Shown: piece after piece, positions 46,444 through 56,191 of the stretch
Layout: every line of letters starts with the position of its first letter
Position numbering within the stretch: position 1 is the stretch's first letter
NCBI GenBank assembly: GCA_965217775.1
Contig: CBDCJH010000002.1
Coordinates: 5,696,001-5,760,000 of the forward strand
Reading direction: 5' to 3'
Source: Acidobacteriota bacterium
Lineage (GTDB): Bacteria; Acidobacteriota; UBA6911; RPQK01; JAJDTT01
Length of the DNA: 64,000 nt
Notes under the pieces: generated by a model
What the model was told of the DNA's origin: nothing
Seen by the model: only the letters and a program-made list of their open reading frames with translations
Database searches by the model: none
Program-made: the position numbers and the translations under genes

Positions 46444-46468
46444 GAAAGAGTAAAGAGAAAACAGTAAA
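46441..46468 (+). repeat. Purine-rich heptamer tract (TAGGAAA GAGTAAA GAGAAAA CAGTAAA)
   Basis: Begins at the mltD stop codon. Confidence 0.6.
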
Positions 46469-46482
46469 GGCGCGCGCGCGGT

Positions 46483-47694
46483 TTACGCGCAACCGCCGCT
46501 CCCGGACCCGACCAGCTTCGCGGTCTCGCGGGCAATGACCAGTTCCTCGTTGGCCAGGATCACCAGGACCTGGACCGGTGACCCGGAGGCGGAGATGCAG
46601 CCCTCCCGGCCCCGAGAGTCGTTGGCGCCGGCGTCCAGGTGGATCCCCAGGAACTCCAGCCCCTGACAGATCTTGTGCCGGATCGCGATGCCGTTTTCTC
46701 CGATGCCTCCGGTGAACACGAGGGCGTCGAGCCCACCCAGGACCGCCGCATAGGCCCCCACGTACTTGCGAGTCTCGTGCACCAGCACGTCCAGGGCCAG
46801 AGCGGCTCTCGAGTTCCCCCGGCCTGCCGCTTCCTCCAGATCCCGCACGTCGCCGCTGACCCCGGAGATGCCCTTCAAGCCGGAGTCCTTCACCAGCCGC
46901 TCCCGGAGCTGTCCCGGGCTGAGGTCCTCATTCTCCAGCAGGTAGAGAAGGACGAACGGGTCCAGATCGCCGTTTCTGGTGGCGTTGGGCAGACCGGACT
47001 GGGGAGAGAAGCCCATGCTGGTCTCCACCGAGACGCCCCCTTTGAGAGCGCAGACACTGGAGCTGCCTCCCAGATGGCAGGAGATGATTCGCAACTCGCG
47101 ATCCGGGTTTTCCAACAGTTGCGGCGCTCGCAGGGAGACGTACCGGTGGGAGGCGCCATGGAACCCGTAGCGGCGAATGGCGTGCTTCCGGGACCATTCG
47201 AAGGGAATGCCGTAGGTGCGGGCGGCCTCGGGGATGGTCTTGTGGAAAGCGGGCTCGAAGACCCCCACCAGCGGCTTCTGCGGAAGTATCTCACGAAAGA
47301 TACGGAACGCCTGGATGTAGGGGGGATTGTGAGCGGGAGCCAGGGACGTGTACTCCTCCATGGCGGCGATGACCTGGTCCGTGATCAATACCGAATCGGC
47401 GATCCCCTTGGCGTGCACCGGCTTGAATCCCACGGCGTCCAGTTCTTCCAGGCTGTTCAGGACGCCGGACGCCGGTTCGGTCAGCAGCTTGAGTGCGTGG
47501 TCTACGGCCGCTCGCTGGTCGGGACACTGCAGATCTCCCGTCAATTCCGGTTCCTGGCCGCGCCGATAGTTGAAGGGAGACGATGGGCTGCCCACCCGTT
47601 CCACCCGGCCGGCGGCCAGAATCTCTTCGTCCTCCATCCGGAAGAGACGGAACTTGAGTGAGGTGGATCCGACGTTGACGACCAGAACCTGCAT
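46483..47694 (-). CDS. ackA: Acetate/propionate kinase family
   Basis: VLVVNVGSTSLKF, APAHNP, RRYGFHGASH, CHLGGSSS, TSMGFSP, FTGGIGEN, NEELVIA. Confidence 0.92.
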   Translation of the reverse strand: MQVLVVNVGSTSLKFRLFRMEDEEILAAGRVERVGSPSSPFNYRRGQEPELTGDLQCPDQRAAVDHALKLLTEPASGVLNSLEELDAVGFKPVHAKGIADSVLITDQVIAAMEEYTSLAPAHNPPYIQAFRIFREILPQKPLVGVFEPAFHKTIPEAARTYGIPFEWSRKHAIRRYGFHGASHRYVSLRAPQLLENPDRELRIISCHLGGSSSVCALKGGVSVETSMGFSPQSGLPNATRNGDLDPFVLLYLLENEDLSPGQLRERLVKDSGLKGISGVSGDVRDLEEAAGRGNSRAALALDVLVHETRKYVGAYAAVLGGLDALVFTGGIGENGIAIRHKICQGLEFLGIHLDAGANDSRGREGCISASGSPVQVLVILANEELVIARETAKLVGSGSGGCA

Positions 47695-47713
47695 GGCGGG
47701 AGTCCGATCCCGG

Positions 47714-48625
47714 TCAGCCGGCGGCGTGTTGGGCAACCAGCCGACCGATGGCGATGGAACGTATCTTGGTTTCCGGGGTTTCGGCCCGGGAGAGGAGTAT
47801 CAGGGGGACCTTGGCCCCGACCACGATTCCACCCGACTCGCCGTGAGCCATATAAAGAATCGCCCGGTAGAGGATGTTGGCGGCTTCGATGTCGGGAGCG
47901 ATAAAGACGTCCGTGCTCTCGACCAGGGGAGTCTCCATCCCCTTGCGGTCGGCCGCAAACCGGCTCATGGGGACGTCCAGGGCAATGGGACCCTCTATGT
48001 AGGCGCCCTTCAACTGGCCCCGCCGGTTCATCATGGTCAGAGCCGCAGCGTCCACTGTGGCCGGCATGGCGGGATTGACGAACTCCAGGGCGCAGAGAAG
48101 CGCTACCTTCGGTTCCTCGATTCCCAGGGCGTGTGCCACCTGGATGGCGTTGCGGCAGATCTCCGCTTTTTGAGCCAGCTCGGGAGCCAGGTTGATGGCG
48201 GCGTCGGTCATGATCATGAGACGGTCGATGCCGGGCACCTGAAAAACGATGACCTGGCTCAGTTGGCGGCCGGTACGGAGTCCCTTCTCCCGATTCAGGA
48301 CCGCTCGAATCAACACGGAAGTGTTGATCTTTCCCTTCATCAGGAGATCCGCGGCGCCCTCTCGAACCAGCTCGATGGCCTGAAGGGCCGCCGCGCTGTC
48401 ATCCGGCTGGTGGATCAACTGTCCCGGGCCGAGCTGGAGTCCGGCGGCCGCCGCAATAGGCTCGATTTTCTCCCGGTCTCCCACCAGGATTCCCTTGGCC
48501 AGACCCATCTCACGAGCCAACTGGAGAGACTCGATGACGTCCGGGTCGTGGCCCGCGGCCACGGCGATCCGGGCCGGACCCAATCCGATGGCAGTCTCGA
48601 CCAGATCATCCAGATTGTGAAACAT
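47714..48625 (-). CDS. Phosphate butyryl/acetyltransferase (Ptb-like)
   Basis: ADLLMKG, TDAAIN, PKVALL, EGPIALD, PDIEAANILYR, GAKVPLILLSRA. Confidence 0.9.
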   Translation of the reverse strand: MFHNLDDLVETAIGLGPARIAVAAGHDPDVIESLQLAREMGLAKGILVGDREKIEPIAAAAGLQLGPGQLIHQPDDSAAALQAIELVREGAADLLMKGKINTSVLIRAVLNREKGLRTGRQLSQVIVFQVPGIDRLMIMTDAAINLAPELAQKAEICRNAIQVAHALGIEEPKVALLCALEFVNPAMPATVDAAALTMMNRRGQLKGAYIEGPIALDVPMSRFAADRKGMETPLVESTDVFIAPDIEAANILYRAILYMAHGESGGIVVGAKVPLILLSRAETPETKIRSIAIGRLVAQHAAG

Positions 48626-48679
48626 TTATCCTCACTCCCTTGGCCCACCCGGGAATCGGGACAGTGCTCGATCAGCGGC

Positions 48680-49900
48680 TCAGGAGCCGATGACCTCAGC
48701 GGCGATGGATTCGAACTCCTCGTCCGTCAGCAACGCCTTGTTCCGGATCGAAACCTGCTTCACGCGATCCACGATCTCCTTGGTCTGATCGGCGGTCGCG
48801 CTCATTCCACGCTCCTCCAGCGCTTCCTCCACGTTGGCCAATCCGGCACCCTTGCCGAGGGCGATCGAGACGCCGGGACGGCCGACCACCCGGGGAAGGA
48901 AGGGGATGTATTCCAAGGGCTCCACGTTCTTGCAGCGCCGGTGGAACATGGCCACGATTCCCGATTCGATCTTGTACAGGGAATCGCCCACGATGGGCCG
49001 GTTGGGCGGCAGCTCGACATTGGACAGCTTCTGCACCAGCTTGGAGAGTTCGTAGAATTCCTCCGTCCTGACGCCGACGTCGACTCCGTAGAGCACCTTC
49101 AGGGCCATGACGGTGTCCTCCAGGGGCACGTTTCCGGCCCGTTCTCCAAGGGCCGAAACGGTGACGTGTGCCACCGAAGCACCGTTGGCGAGGGCGGCGA
49201 TGGTGTTGGCGACACCGAGGCCGAAATCTTCATGGCAATGAATCTCGATGGGCTGCTTGAAACGGGCCCTGAGCTTTTTGAGCACCATGGTGATCCCCTC
49301 GGGAGAGCAGGCGCCGAAGGAGTCCGCCAGCGTCAGAGCGTCCATGTGCCCTTGGGTGGAGACTTGCTCGATCAGATCCAGGTAACGGTCCAGGTCCGAA
49401 CGAGTGCTGTCGATGGTGAAGAAGACGGTGTAGAGTCCCGCCTCCTTGGCGGCCAGAGTGGTTTCGATGGAAGCCTTGACGGCCCAGTCCATATCCTTCC
49501 CGTAGGCGTTGGCGATGATGTGGTCACTGGAGGGAATCTCGGTGATGATCCCATGGACGCCGCAGTCCTTGGCCTGCTTGACGTCCGCAGGCATGCAGCG
49601 GGCGAAAGAGAAGATCTCCGAATCCAGGTCCAGAGCGACGATGTCCTTGATGGCCGCCTCGTCTTCGTCAGAGACGGCGGGCATGCCGGCCTCGATCCGA
49701 TGAACGCCGGCGGCCGCCAGCTTCTTGGCGATGGCCACCTTCTCGTCCCGCCGGAACACGATTCCCGTCTGCTGCTCGCCATCGCGGAGGGTCACGTCGT
49801 GAATTCGGATCTGGTCGGGAAAGTTGAGCTGCTGGCGGGCTTCCGGCGAAAAATTCCAGGGGCTGGCAAACCAGCTGTCCGTTTTCCACTCTTGACTCAT
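48680..49900 (-). CDS. DRE-TIM metallolyase (LeuA/homocitrate-synthase-like, no regulatory domain)
   Basis: HDVTLRDGEQ, IEAGMP, EIHCHEDFGLGVANT, LGERAGN, ESGI. Confidence 0.88.
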   Translation of the reverse strand: MSQEWKTDSWFASPWNFSPEARQQLNFPDQIRIHDVTLRDGEQQTGIVFRRDEKVAIAKKLAAAGVHRIEAGMPAVSDEDEAAIKDIVALDLDSEIFSFARCMPADVKQAKDCGVHGIITEIPSSDHIIANAYGKDMDWAVKASIETTLAAKEAGLYTVFFTIDSTRSDLDRYLDLIEQVSTQGHMDALTLADSFGACSPEGITMVLKKLRARFKQPIEIHCHEDFGLGVANTIAALANGASVAHVTVSALGERAGNVPLEDTVMALKVLYGVDVGVRTEEFYELSKLVQKLSNVELPPNRPIVGDSLYKIESGIVAMFHRRCKNVEPLEYIPFLPRVVGRPGVSIALGKGAGLANVEEALEERGMSATADQTKEIVDRVKQVSIRNKALLTDEEFESIAAEVIGS

Positions 49901-50124
49901 GCGAAATTCCTCCTGGACAAGACACAGGGAACGAACCCTGAAACGTTACTGTTCGGTTGCTCGAGGGACGGAACAGCGTGCCGAATGCGGGGTCCGGACC
50001 ATCCTCCCTCTCGAAAGAGCATGTATCATAGCACGGACGAGGAGGGAGGGAACCCGAGGGGAGAAGTCGCAGGACCGGATCCAAAGTTGTGTAGTCGTCG
50101 ACGATCTCCCATGGTGGAAACGGT

Positions 50125-51474
50125 ATGAGCAGGCAGGGCCCGGATTGGCTCCTGGGCGAACTTCCCGATCTGGTGTCCCGCGGGATCGTGAGCCAAAATG
50201 CAGCCGATCGATTATGTGCCCACTACGGAGTTGGCGGTAGAGACGCAGGACGCCAACTTGGTCTGACCGTCACTGCGGTTTTCGGCTCCGCCCTGATCGG
50301 TCTCGGGATCATTCTGGTCCTGGCATACAATTGGCAGGAACTTTCGAGGACGCTCCGCGCTGGAATCTCCTTCTCGATCCTGCTGGGCGCCCAGGCAGCG
50401 GCCGGCTGGGTGCTGTTGCGATCCGTTCCGTCCCGACCCTGGCGCGAAGGGACGGCTTGCCTGCTGTTTCTGGCCGTCGGGGCGGCTATGGCCCTGATCG
50501 CGCAGACCTATCATCTCCCGGGCGACGTCAGCCGGTTTCTCCTGACCTGGATGTTGCTGGCCGTCCCCGTCGTCTATCTCATGAGGTCCAGTGCGGCCGC
50601 GGCCCTCTACCTGGTCGGGGTGACGGCTCTGGGCGGTTCCGAGGCGGCCGGTGAGGAAGGCTCCCTCCTCTACTGGGGGATGCTGGCGCTGCTTGCACCT
50701 TATCTCTGGTCTCTGCTGCGGCATGACCGGCAGAGTACCGGCCCTGTCTGCCTGCTCTGGCTCGGAGCCGTCTCTCTTGGTTTTGGTTTCGGTTTTTCCA
50801 TCGCGGAGTTTGGGGAAAGGCTTTATCTGGCCGCGTACGCCGGCCTGTTCTCCGTCCTGTACCTTACGGGCCGGATCTGGTTCGGACAGGCTCCCCGCGT
50901 CTGGCGGCGTCCTCTGCAAAGCATCGGGGGCCTGGGAGCATTCGGTTTGGCCTTGCGGTTCTCCTATCACGACTCCTGGCAACATCTGGGACGCTTCGGC
51001 TCGAGGGAATGGGATTGGGCGGATGGCCTACCGGGAGTCGTTCTGATCGGGACCTGCCTCGCTCTGTCCGTCATCCTGGGTTGGCTCAGCCTGGTCCATG
51101 GTCGTCCTCAGAGACTGCTCTGGGGTTCGTTCGGCGCGGTGGCGTTTCTGGCACATGTTCTCCTGGTGTCAATGGAGTCGACCCTGGTTCCCGTGTTCCT
51201 CATGAATCTCTATTTGTTGGCCGCCGGGGTCTCGGTCCTGATTCGAGGCCTCCGCCGGGAGAGGATCGGGACTGTCAATCTCGGCATGCTCATCTTGGCG
51301 GCCCTCATCGCGGCCAGGTTCTTCGATAGCGACTTGGGGCTGGTGGTCCGCGGGATCGGCTTTATCCTTGTGGGCGCTGCTTTCCTGTCGGCAAATGCAT
51401 ATCTTGGACGCCGCTTCCGTGGCCTCCAACCGCCGAAAGACGGTTCAGGGCATTCGTCCGGGGAGGAGCCATGA
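50125..51474 (+). CDS. DUF2157 membrane protein
   Basis: WL.GEL..LV..GIVS; GLGIILVLAYNWQEL; LIAQTYHL; many TMs. Confidence 0.85.
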   Translation: MSRQGPDWLLGELPDLVSRGIVSQNAADRLCAHYGVGGRDAGRQLGLTVTAVFGSALIGLGIILVLAYNWQELSRTLRAGISFSILLGAQAAAGWVLLRSVPSRPWREGTACLLFLAVGAAMALIAQTYHLPGDVSRFLLTWMLLAVPVVYLMRSSAAAALYLVGVTALGGSEAAGEEGSLLYWGMLALLAPYLWSLLRHDRQSTGPVCLLWLGAVSLGFGFGFSIAEFGERLYLAAYAGLFSVLYLTGRIWFGQAPRVWRRPLQSIGGLGAFGLALRFSYHDSWQHLGRFGSREWDWADGLPGVVLIGTCLALSVILGWLSLVHGRPQRLLWGSFGAVAFLAHVLLVSMESTLVPVFLMNLYLLAAGVSVLIRGLRRERIGTVNLGMLILAALIAARFFDSDLGLVVRGIGFILVGAAFLSANAYLGRRFRGLQPPKDGSGHSSGEEP

Positions 51475-52049
51475 TCCAGCTCAGGACATTGGTGTTCGCC
51501 TTGGTGGTCCTCTGTCAGCTCGGCGTTCCCGCTTGGATGATCCTGCACCGCGAGTGGACTCTCCGCGACGGGGTAAGAGTCAAGTTCAAGGTGGAGCCCA
51601 TGAATCCCAAGGACGCGGTTCTGGGGCGCTCCGTTCGTTTCCGGATACCCTCTTCGGAGGTCACTCTCGACGAGCCGGTCCAACGGCCGTCGGAGGTGTG
51701 GGCCTACGCCCTCCTGGAGGTGGACCCGGAGGGATTCGGCCGTTTTGCCGCCGTTCGGGACGACCCGCCCGAAGCCGGCGTCTACCTCAGGGTCCGGGTC
51801 CGGCGGAACGGAGAGAAGGGCGCCATTCAATTGCCTTTCGACCGTTTCTACCTGCCTGAAGACTTGGCGGCAGGAATTCAAAAGGCGGCCGGAAGCACTC
51901 TTGGCTCCGGGATGAAGGAGGCTCATGTCCTGCTCCGTGTCCGCGAGGGTTTCGGAGTGGTGGAGGACCTTTACGTCCAGGACACCCCGATTCTGGACTA
52001 TCTCAAGGCTCCTCCGGAGCCGCAGATGAAAGAAGGAGATACGCCATGA
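51471..52049 (+). CDS. GDYXXLXY-domain protein (usual DUF2157 partner)
   Basis: TLRDG..KF.VEPMNP.D..LG; PFDRFYLPE; coupled to the DUF2157 gene. Confidence 0.75.
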   Translation: MIQLRTLVFALVVLCQLGVPAWMILHREWTLRDGVRVKFKVEPMNPKDAVLGRSVRFRIPSSEVTLDEPVQRPSEVWAYALLEVDPEGFGRFAAVRDDPPEAGVYLRVRVRRNGEKGAIQLPFDRFYLPEDLAAGIQKAAGSTLGSGMKEAHVLLRVREGFGVVEDLYVQDTPILDYLKAPPEPQMKEGDTP

Positions 52050-53389
52050 AGAAACAGAACCGGCGAGGTTTTCTGACGCGCTCGGCGGCGCTTACGGGTG
52101 GGGCGGCTCTGGCCGCGGGGCGCCCTGCGTCCGCCCTTTCCTCGGCCCGGACGGCGGGGGCCAACGACCGGATACGGCTTGGAGTGATCGGCTGTGGCGG
52201 CCGGGGGCGAGGCGATCTCCGGCGGTTTCTCGAAATCGACGGGATCCAGTGCGCGGCCATCTGCGACGTGGATCATTCGCAGATGGACCGGACCCAGTCC
52301 GAGATTCTGGACCCCGCCGGCCAGAAGGCCGAGTTCCGGACCCAGGACTTCCGGCGCCTTCTGGATCGGCAGGACCTGGACGCCGTCCTGGTGGCCACTC
52401 CCGATCACTGGCACGCCATTCCCACCGTCATGGCCTGCGAAGCGGGGATGGACGTCTACGTGGAAAAGCCTCTGTCTCTGACCATCCACGAGGGCCGGGT
52501 CATGGTGGACGCGGCGCGCAGGCACGGCCGGGTCGTCCAGATGGGGACCCAGCAGCGGAGTGCTCCCCACTACACCGACGCGGTGGATTACGTGAAGAGC
52601 GGGAAACTGGGGAAGATCCGGCTGGTCCGGGCCTGGGCCTACCTGGACTGGAAAGGGGAGATGCCGGCTCAGCCGGACGGGCCTCCTCCCCCGGGGGTGG
52701 ATTACGACATGTGGTTGGGACCGGCTTCCGAACGTCCGTTCAACCTGAATCGCTTTCATTTTTCGTTCCGCTGGTACTGGGCCTACTCCGGCGGCCTCAT
52801 GACCGACTGGGGCGCGCACATGATCGACATCGCCAACTGGGCCATGGACGTGAAGGCGCCCCGGGCGGCGGTCTCGGTGGGAGGAAAGTTCGGCTATCCC
52901 CGGGACGCCATGGAGACGCCCGATACCCAACAGGTGATCTGGGAATTCGACGATTTCAGCATGGTCTGGGAACATGCGCTGGGCGTGGGGCGCGGCCCGG
53001 AGGCGCGGGAGCACGGTGTCCAGTTCCATGGGAACGATGGTGTGCTGGTGGTCGACCGCAACGGATGGGAGGTTCATTCTGAAACCGACAGGATCGACAA
53101 GTCCGTGCGCGAGTTCCGGTCCCGCGGCAAGCCGCGGCACAACATTCGAGGCCGGGGCGCCTACCACCTGGGACACGTCCAGGACTTCGTCGACTGCATG
53201 CGCTCCAGGGAACGCCCCCGATCGGACGTGGAGATCGGTCACGATTCCATGATCGCCTGCCACCTCGGCAACATCGCCTACCGGCTCGGCCGCGGGGTTC
53301 AATGGGACCCGGAACGGGAGCGGGTCGTCGACGATCCGGAGGCCGAGCGCATGGTCCGGACCAGCTACCGGAAGCCCTGGAAACTGTAG
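52046..53389 (+). CDS. Tat-signal Gfo/Idh/MocA oxidoreductase
   Basis: NRRGFL; ANDRIRLGVIGCGGRG; ATPDHWH; YVEKP; QMGTQQRS; DWGAH. Confidence 0.92.
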   Translation: MKKQNRRGFLTRSAALTGGAALAAGRPASALSSARTAGANDRIRLGVIGCGGRGRGDLRRFLEIDGIQCAAICDVDHSQMDRTQSEILDPAGQKAEFRTQDFRRLLDRQDLDAVLVATPDHWHAIPTVMACEAGMDVYVEKPLSLTIHEGRVMVDAARRHGRVVQMGTQQRSAPHYTDAVDYVKSGKLGKIRLVRAWAYLDWKGEMPAQPDGPPPPGVDYDMWLGPASERPFNLNRFHFSFRWYWAYSGGLMTDWGAHMIDIANWAMDVKAPRAAVSVGGKFGYPRDAMETPDTQQVIWEFDDFSMVWEHALGVGRGPEAREHGVQFHGNDGVLVVDRNGWEVHSETDRIDKSVREFRSRGKPRHNIRGRGAYHLGHVQDFVDCMRSRERPRSDVEIGHDSMIACHLGNIAYRLGRGVQWDPERERVVDDPEAERMVRTSYRKPWKL

Positions 53390-53393
53390 AAAG

Positions 53394-53435
53394 ACGAGAA
53401 TTAAGGAGTGAGGAACGAGGAGTGAGAGATAAGGA
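53394..53435 (+). repeat. Purine-rich heptamer tract (ACGAGAA TTAAGGA GTGAGGA ACGAGGA GTGAGAG)
   Basis: 7-nt periodic tract filling the intergenic spacer. Confidence 0.6.
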
Positions 53436-53441
53436 AGTCGA

Positions 53442-54905
53442 GTGCCGGTGACAAAGCCCGGTGATCAGGAACCCGTCCGGTATCCGGAGCTCTCGCCTCA
53501 GCTCCGCGATCGTTCCCTGATGGGAATGCTCAAGCTTTTCGGCCCGGGCGCCATCATCGCCTCGGTCACGATCGGAAGCGGGGAGACCGTATTCGCTTCC
53601 CGGGGCGGCGCCGTCTTCGGTTATTCCCTGTTCTGGTGTTTTCTGGTCGGCTCCGCGTTGAAGGGCCTCCAGGTCTATACCGGCGCCCGGTTCATCACCT
53701 TGACCGGACGCCATCCCCTGCAGAGTTGGATGGAGCTGCCGGGTCCCCGCGGCTGGTTCGTCCTCTTCGTCTCCGTCATGACCATCGTCTGGATGCCCTT
53801 TTGGGTGGGCGGGGGACTCCCCAAGATGCTGGGAGAGTTCACCAACTGGGTGGTCGGTTTCCCGGACCCGGAAAACACGTCCGACTACGTCTTCTTCGGT
53901 CGACTGTGGGGGACCTTCTTCATCCTGGTGGCGGTGACCCTCACCTGGGTTCAGAGCTACGGTTTCCTGGAGCGGGTGCAGACGGTCCTGGTGGGTCTGC
54001 TGCTGCTGTGCATGGTCCTGGCGGCCGCCGTCTCCAGCCCCGATCTCCTGGCCCTGTTGGGGGGCACCCTGATCCCCACCCCGCCCAGATACGACGGCTG
54101 GGTCCTGGAACGGTTTGCCGAATTCCGGGGGCGCAATCCCTGGGTGGAGATGGTCACCTACCTGGGGGCGGTGGGGGGCGGGACCCAGGACTATCTGGGA
54201 TACGTGGGGATGCTTCGTGAGAAGGCCTGGGGGCTTCTGGGCAGTCGGCGTGAGGGTCCCATCGAATCGAGCCGGGAAAACTTGAAACGGGGCTTGGCCT
54301 GGCTTCGGGCCCCGCGCACCGACGTAGCGGTATCGTTTATCTGCATCTTCATCTTCACTCTCTGTTTCGCCGTCCTGGGCGCCACCATCCTCTATCCCCG
54401 GCAGCAGATCCCAAGCGGGTTCGACCTGTTGACCCTCCAGTTGGGTTACCTGGTCCGTCCGGACCAGTCTCCCCTGGTTCAGACGCTGCTCGCCTGGCTC
54501 TACAAGACCGGAATCTTTTTCGCGTTCTTCGGCACCATCTACGGCGCCTACGAACTCTACAGCCGGACCACCCGGGAATGCCTGGTCGCGCTCTTCCCGT
54601 CGCTACGGAAGGTTCCCCTGAAGAAGTTCCGGCTCTGGACGATTCTCTGGTGCGCGCTGCCCGGCCTGGGCCTGCTCTGGTTTCTGGAGCGGGACCCCGT
54701 CTACATCGTGACTCCTGCGGCCCTGGTGGGTTCGGGTCTCATCTGTGGCCTCTGGTGCTTCGCCATGCTCTGGTCGGACCGAAACCACCTCCCGAAGGAA
54801 CTGCGGATGAGATGGCCGCTATGGCTGGGCACACTCGCCGCCGGGATCGGACTGACGGTGATCCCCCTGATCGGGATCGTGAAGTACGTGCAGAGCTTTC
54901 TCTGA
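53442..54905 (+). CDS. Nramp-like (APC fold) transporter
   Basis: FGPGAIIASVTIGSGE..GA.FGYSL.W; about 11 TM. Confidence 0.8.
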   Translation: MPVTKPGDQEPVRYPELSPQLRDRSLMGMLKLFGPGAIIASVTIGSGETVFASRGGAVFGYSLFWCFLVGSALKGLQVYTGARFITLTGRHPLQSWMELPGPRGWFVLFVSVMTIVWMPFWVGGGLPKMLGEFTNWVVGFPDPENTSDYVFFGRLWGTFFILVAVTLTWVQSYGFLERVQTVLVGLLLLCMVLAAAVSSPDLLALLGGTLIPTPPRYDGWVLERFAEFRGRNPWVEMVTYLGAVGGGTQDYLGYVGMLREKAWGLLGSRREGPIESSRENLKRGLAWLRAPRTDVAVSFICIFIFTLCFAVLGATILYPRQQIPSGFDLLTLQLGYLVRPDQSPLVQTLLAWLYKTGIFFAFFGTIYGAYELYSRTTRECLVALFPSLRKVPLKKFRLWTILWCALPGLGLLWFLERDPVYIVTPAALVGSGLICGLWCFAMLWSDRNHLPKELRMRWPLWLGTLAAGIGLTVIPLIGIVKYVQSFL

Positions 54906-54921
54906 GTTCTCAGATCACGCG

Positions 54922-55968
54922 CTACCGCGGGGGCAACTGGTAGCCCTCCCGCTTGACGTGGATCCGGTAGACACTCTTTCCCGCCGTAATGTAGAGCGTC
55001 CTGTTCTCGGTTCCGCGTCCGAAGCCCACGTTGGTGGGAAGTTCGGTGGGAACGAACGCCAGCTCCTCGCCTTCGGGGGAGTAGACGGCGACCCCGGGAC
55101 GCGTCACGTCGCGCACGGTCACATAGAGATTGCCGTCCACGTCCACCACCAGACCGTCAGGGCCATCCTGGGGCGAGTAGTCCACCAGGACCTCCCGAAA
55201 GCTGGCCGAGCCGTCGGGAGCCAGGTCGTAAGCCAGCAACGCCATTCGGTTCTTGAGGGTCGGCCGACCCTCTCCCAGGCGGAACATGCCAGTGGCGCCA
55301 TTGTCGTTGCTGACCACGTAAAGGGTCTTCTGGTCGGGGGAGACGGCGACGCCGTTGGGCTTGCCCGCATCGCTGACGATCCGGTGCACCGACCCGTCGG
55401 TGTCGATCCGATACACGCCCATGACGGGTTGGTCCACGCTTTCGTGACCCAGATAGCGGGGGTCGCTGAAGTAGATGCGCCCCTTTTCGTCGATGGTGAT
55501 GTCGTTGGGGGCATTGAAGCGTCGGCCGTCGTACATTCCCGCGATGATGGTGCTCTTTCCGGTCTTCATGTCGGTGCGGATCACCCGCCGCCCGCCGAAA
55601 TCGGCGCCTTCGGCAATGACCATGTCGCCTCTGGCATCGAATTTGATGCCGTTGGACATGCCGCTGGGGGAGCGGAAGATGCTGGTCTCTCCGGTCCTGG
55701 GATCGTACTTCCAGATGTGTCCGGCTTCGGGTTGACCCTGTTCATTCTGACATTTGGCCGTGAAGGTGATGTCGCTGAAGTAGATGGTGCCGTCGGGAGC
55801 CCCCGCGACGCCCTCGGTGAGAATGCACCCCCCTTCGAAGATCTTCTCCAGGGTGACTCCGGCCGCAATGATGCTGGGATCGCCGGAGGGGAACTGGGCC
55901 AGGCCCGGCTGGCTCAAGACCAGGCAGGCCAGGGACCCGAGGATCAGATTTCGGATTTTTAGAACCAT
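54922..55968 (-). CDS. SMP-30/gluconolactonase family protein, secreted
   Basis: Signal peptide; TEG, YFSDI, SNG, FNAPND, YFSDP, PNGVAVSPD, PDGLVVD, PTNVGFG. Confidence 0.9.
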   Translation of the reverse strand: MVLKIRNLILGSLACLVLSQPGLAQFPSGDPSIIAAGVTLEKIFEGGCILTEGVAGAPDGTIYFSDITFTAKCQNEQGQPEAGHIWKYDPRTGETSIFRSPSGMSNGIKFDARGDMVIAEGADFGGRRVIRTDMKTGKSTIIAGMYDGRRFNAPNDITIDEKGRIYFSDPRYLGHESVDQPVMGVYRIDTDGSVHRIVSDAGKPNGVAVSPDQKTLYVVSNDNGATGMFRLGEGRPTLKNRMALLAYDLAPDGSASFREVLVDYSPQDGPDGLVVDVDGNLYVTVRDVTRPGVAVYSPEGEELAFVPTELPTNVGFGRGTENRTLYITAGKSVYRIHVKREGYQLPPR

Positions 55969-56086
55969 CGAACTCTCCTTTCATTTGGTGTCGTGAAGGA
56001 CACCGCCTGCTCTCCGCAGGTTAGCACCTGAGAACCTTCGGCAAAAGTCATTGCCGGATTCGGCCGGCGCAGGGTAGGCGTGCCCA

Positions 56087-56109
56087 GGAGGGGCGATTTC
56101 CAGTCGCCC
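56087..56109 (+). repeat. REP-like palindrome GGAGGGGCGATTTCCAGTCGCCC
   Basis: Identical to the reverse complement of 3838-3860. Confidence 0.75.
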
Positions 56110-56191
56110 GTTCCTCCGGTTTGCCCGTTGTCGGGACGAAAGATACAATCCTCCGAAAGATCGAAGCGGGTGATAATGGGAGGAGCCGCAG

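Noticed and set aside
47570-50128. 852-aa plus-strand ORF
   Set aside because: Antisense to the ptb and DRE-TIM genes; no recognisable domain.
51600-51650. Divergent GDYXXLXY motif (GRSVRFR)
   Set aside because: Probably ordinary family variation; the rest of the domain and the partner gene are typical.
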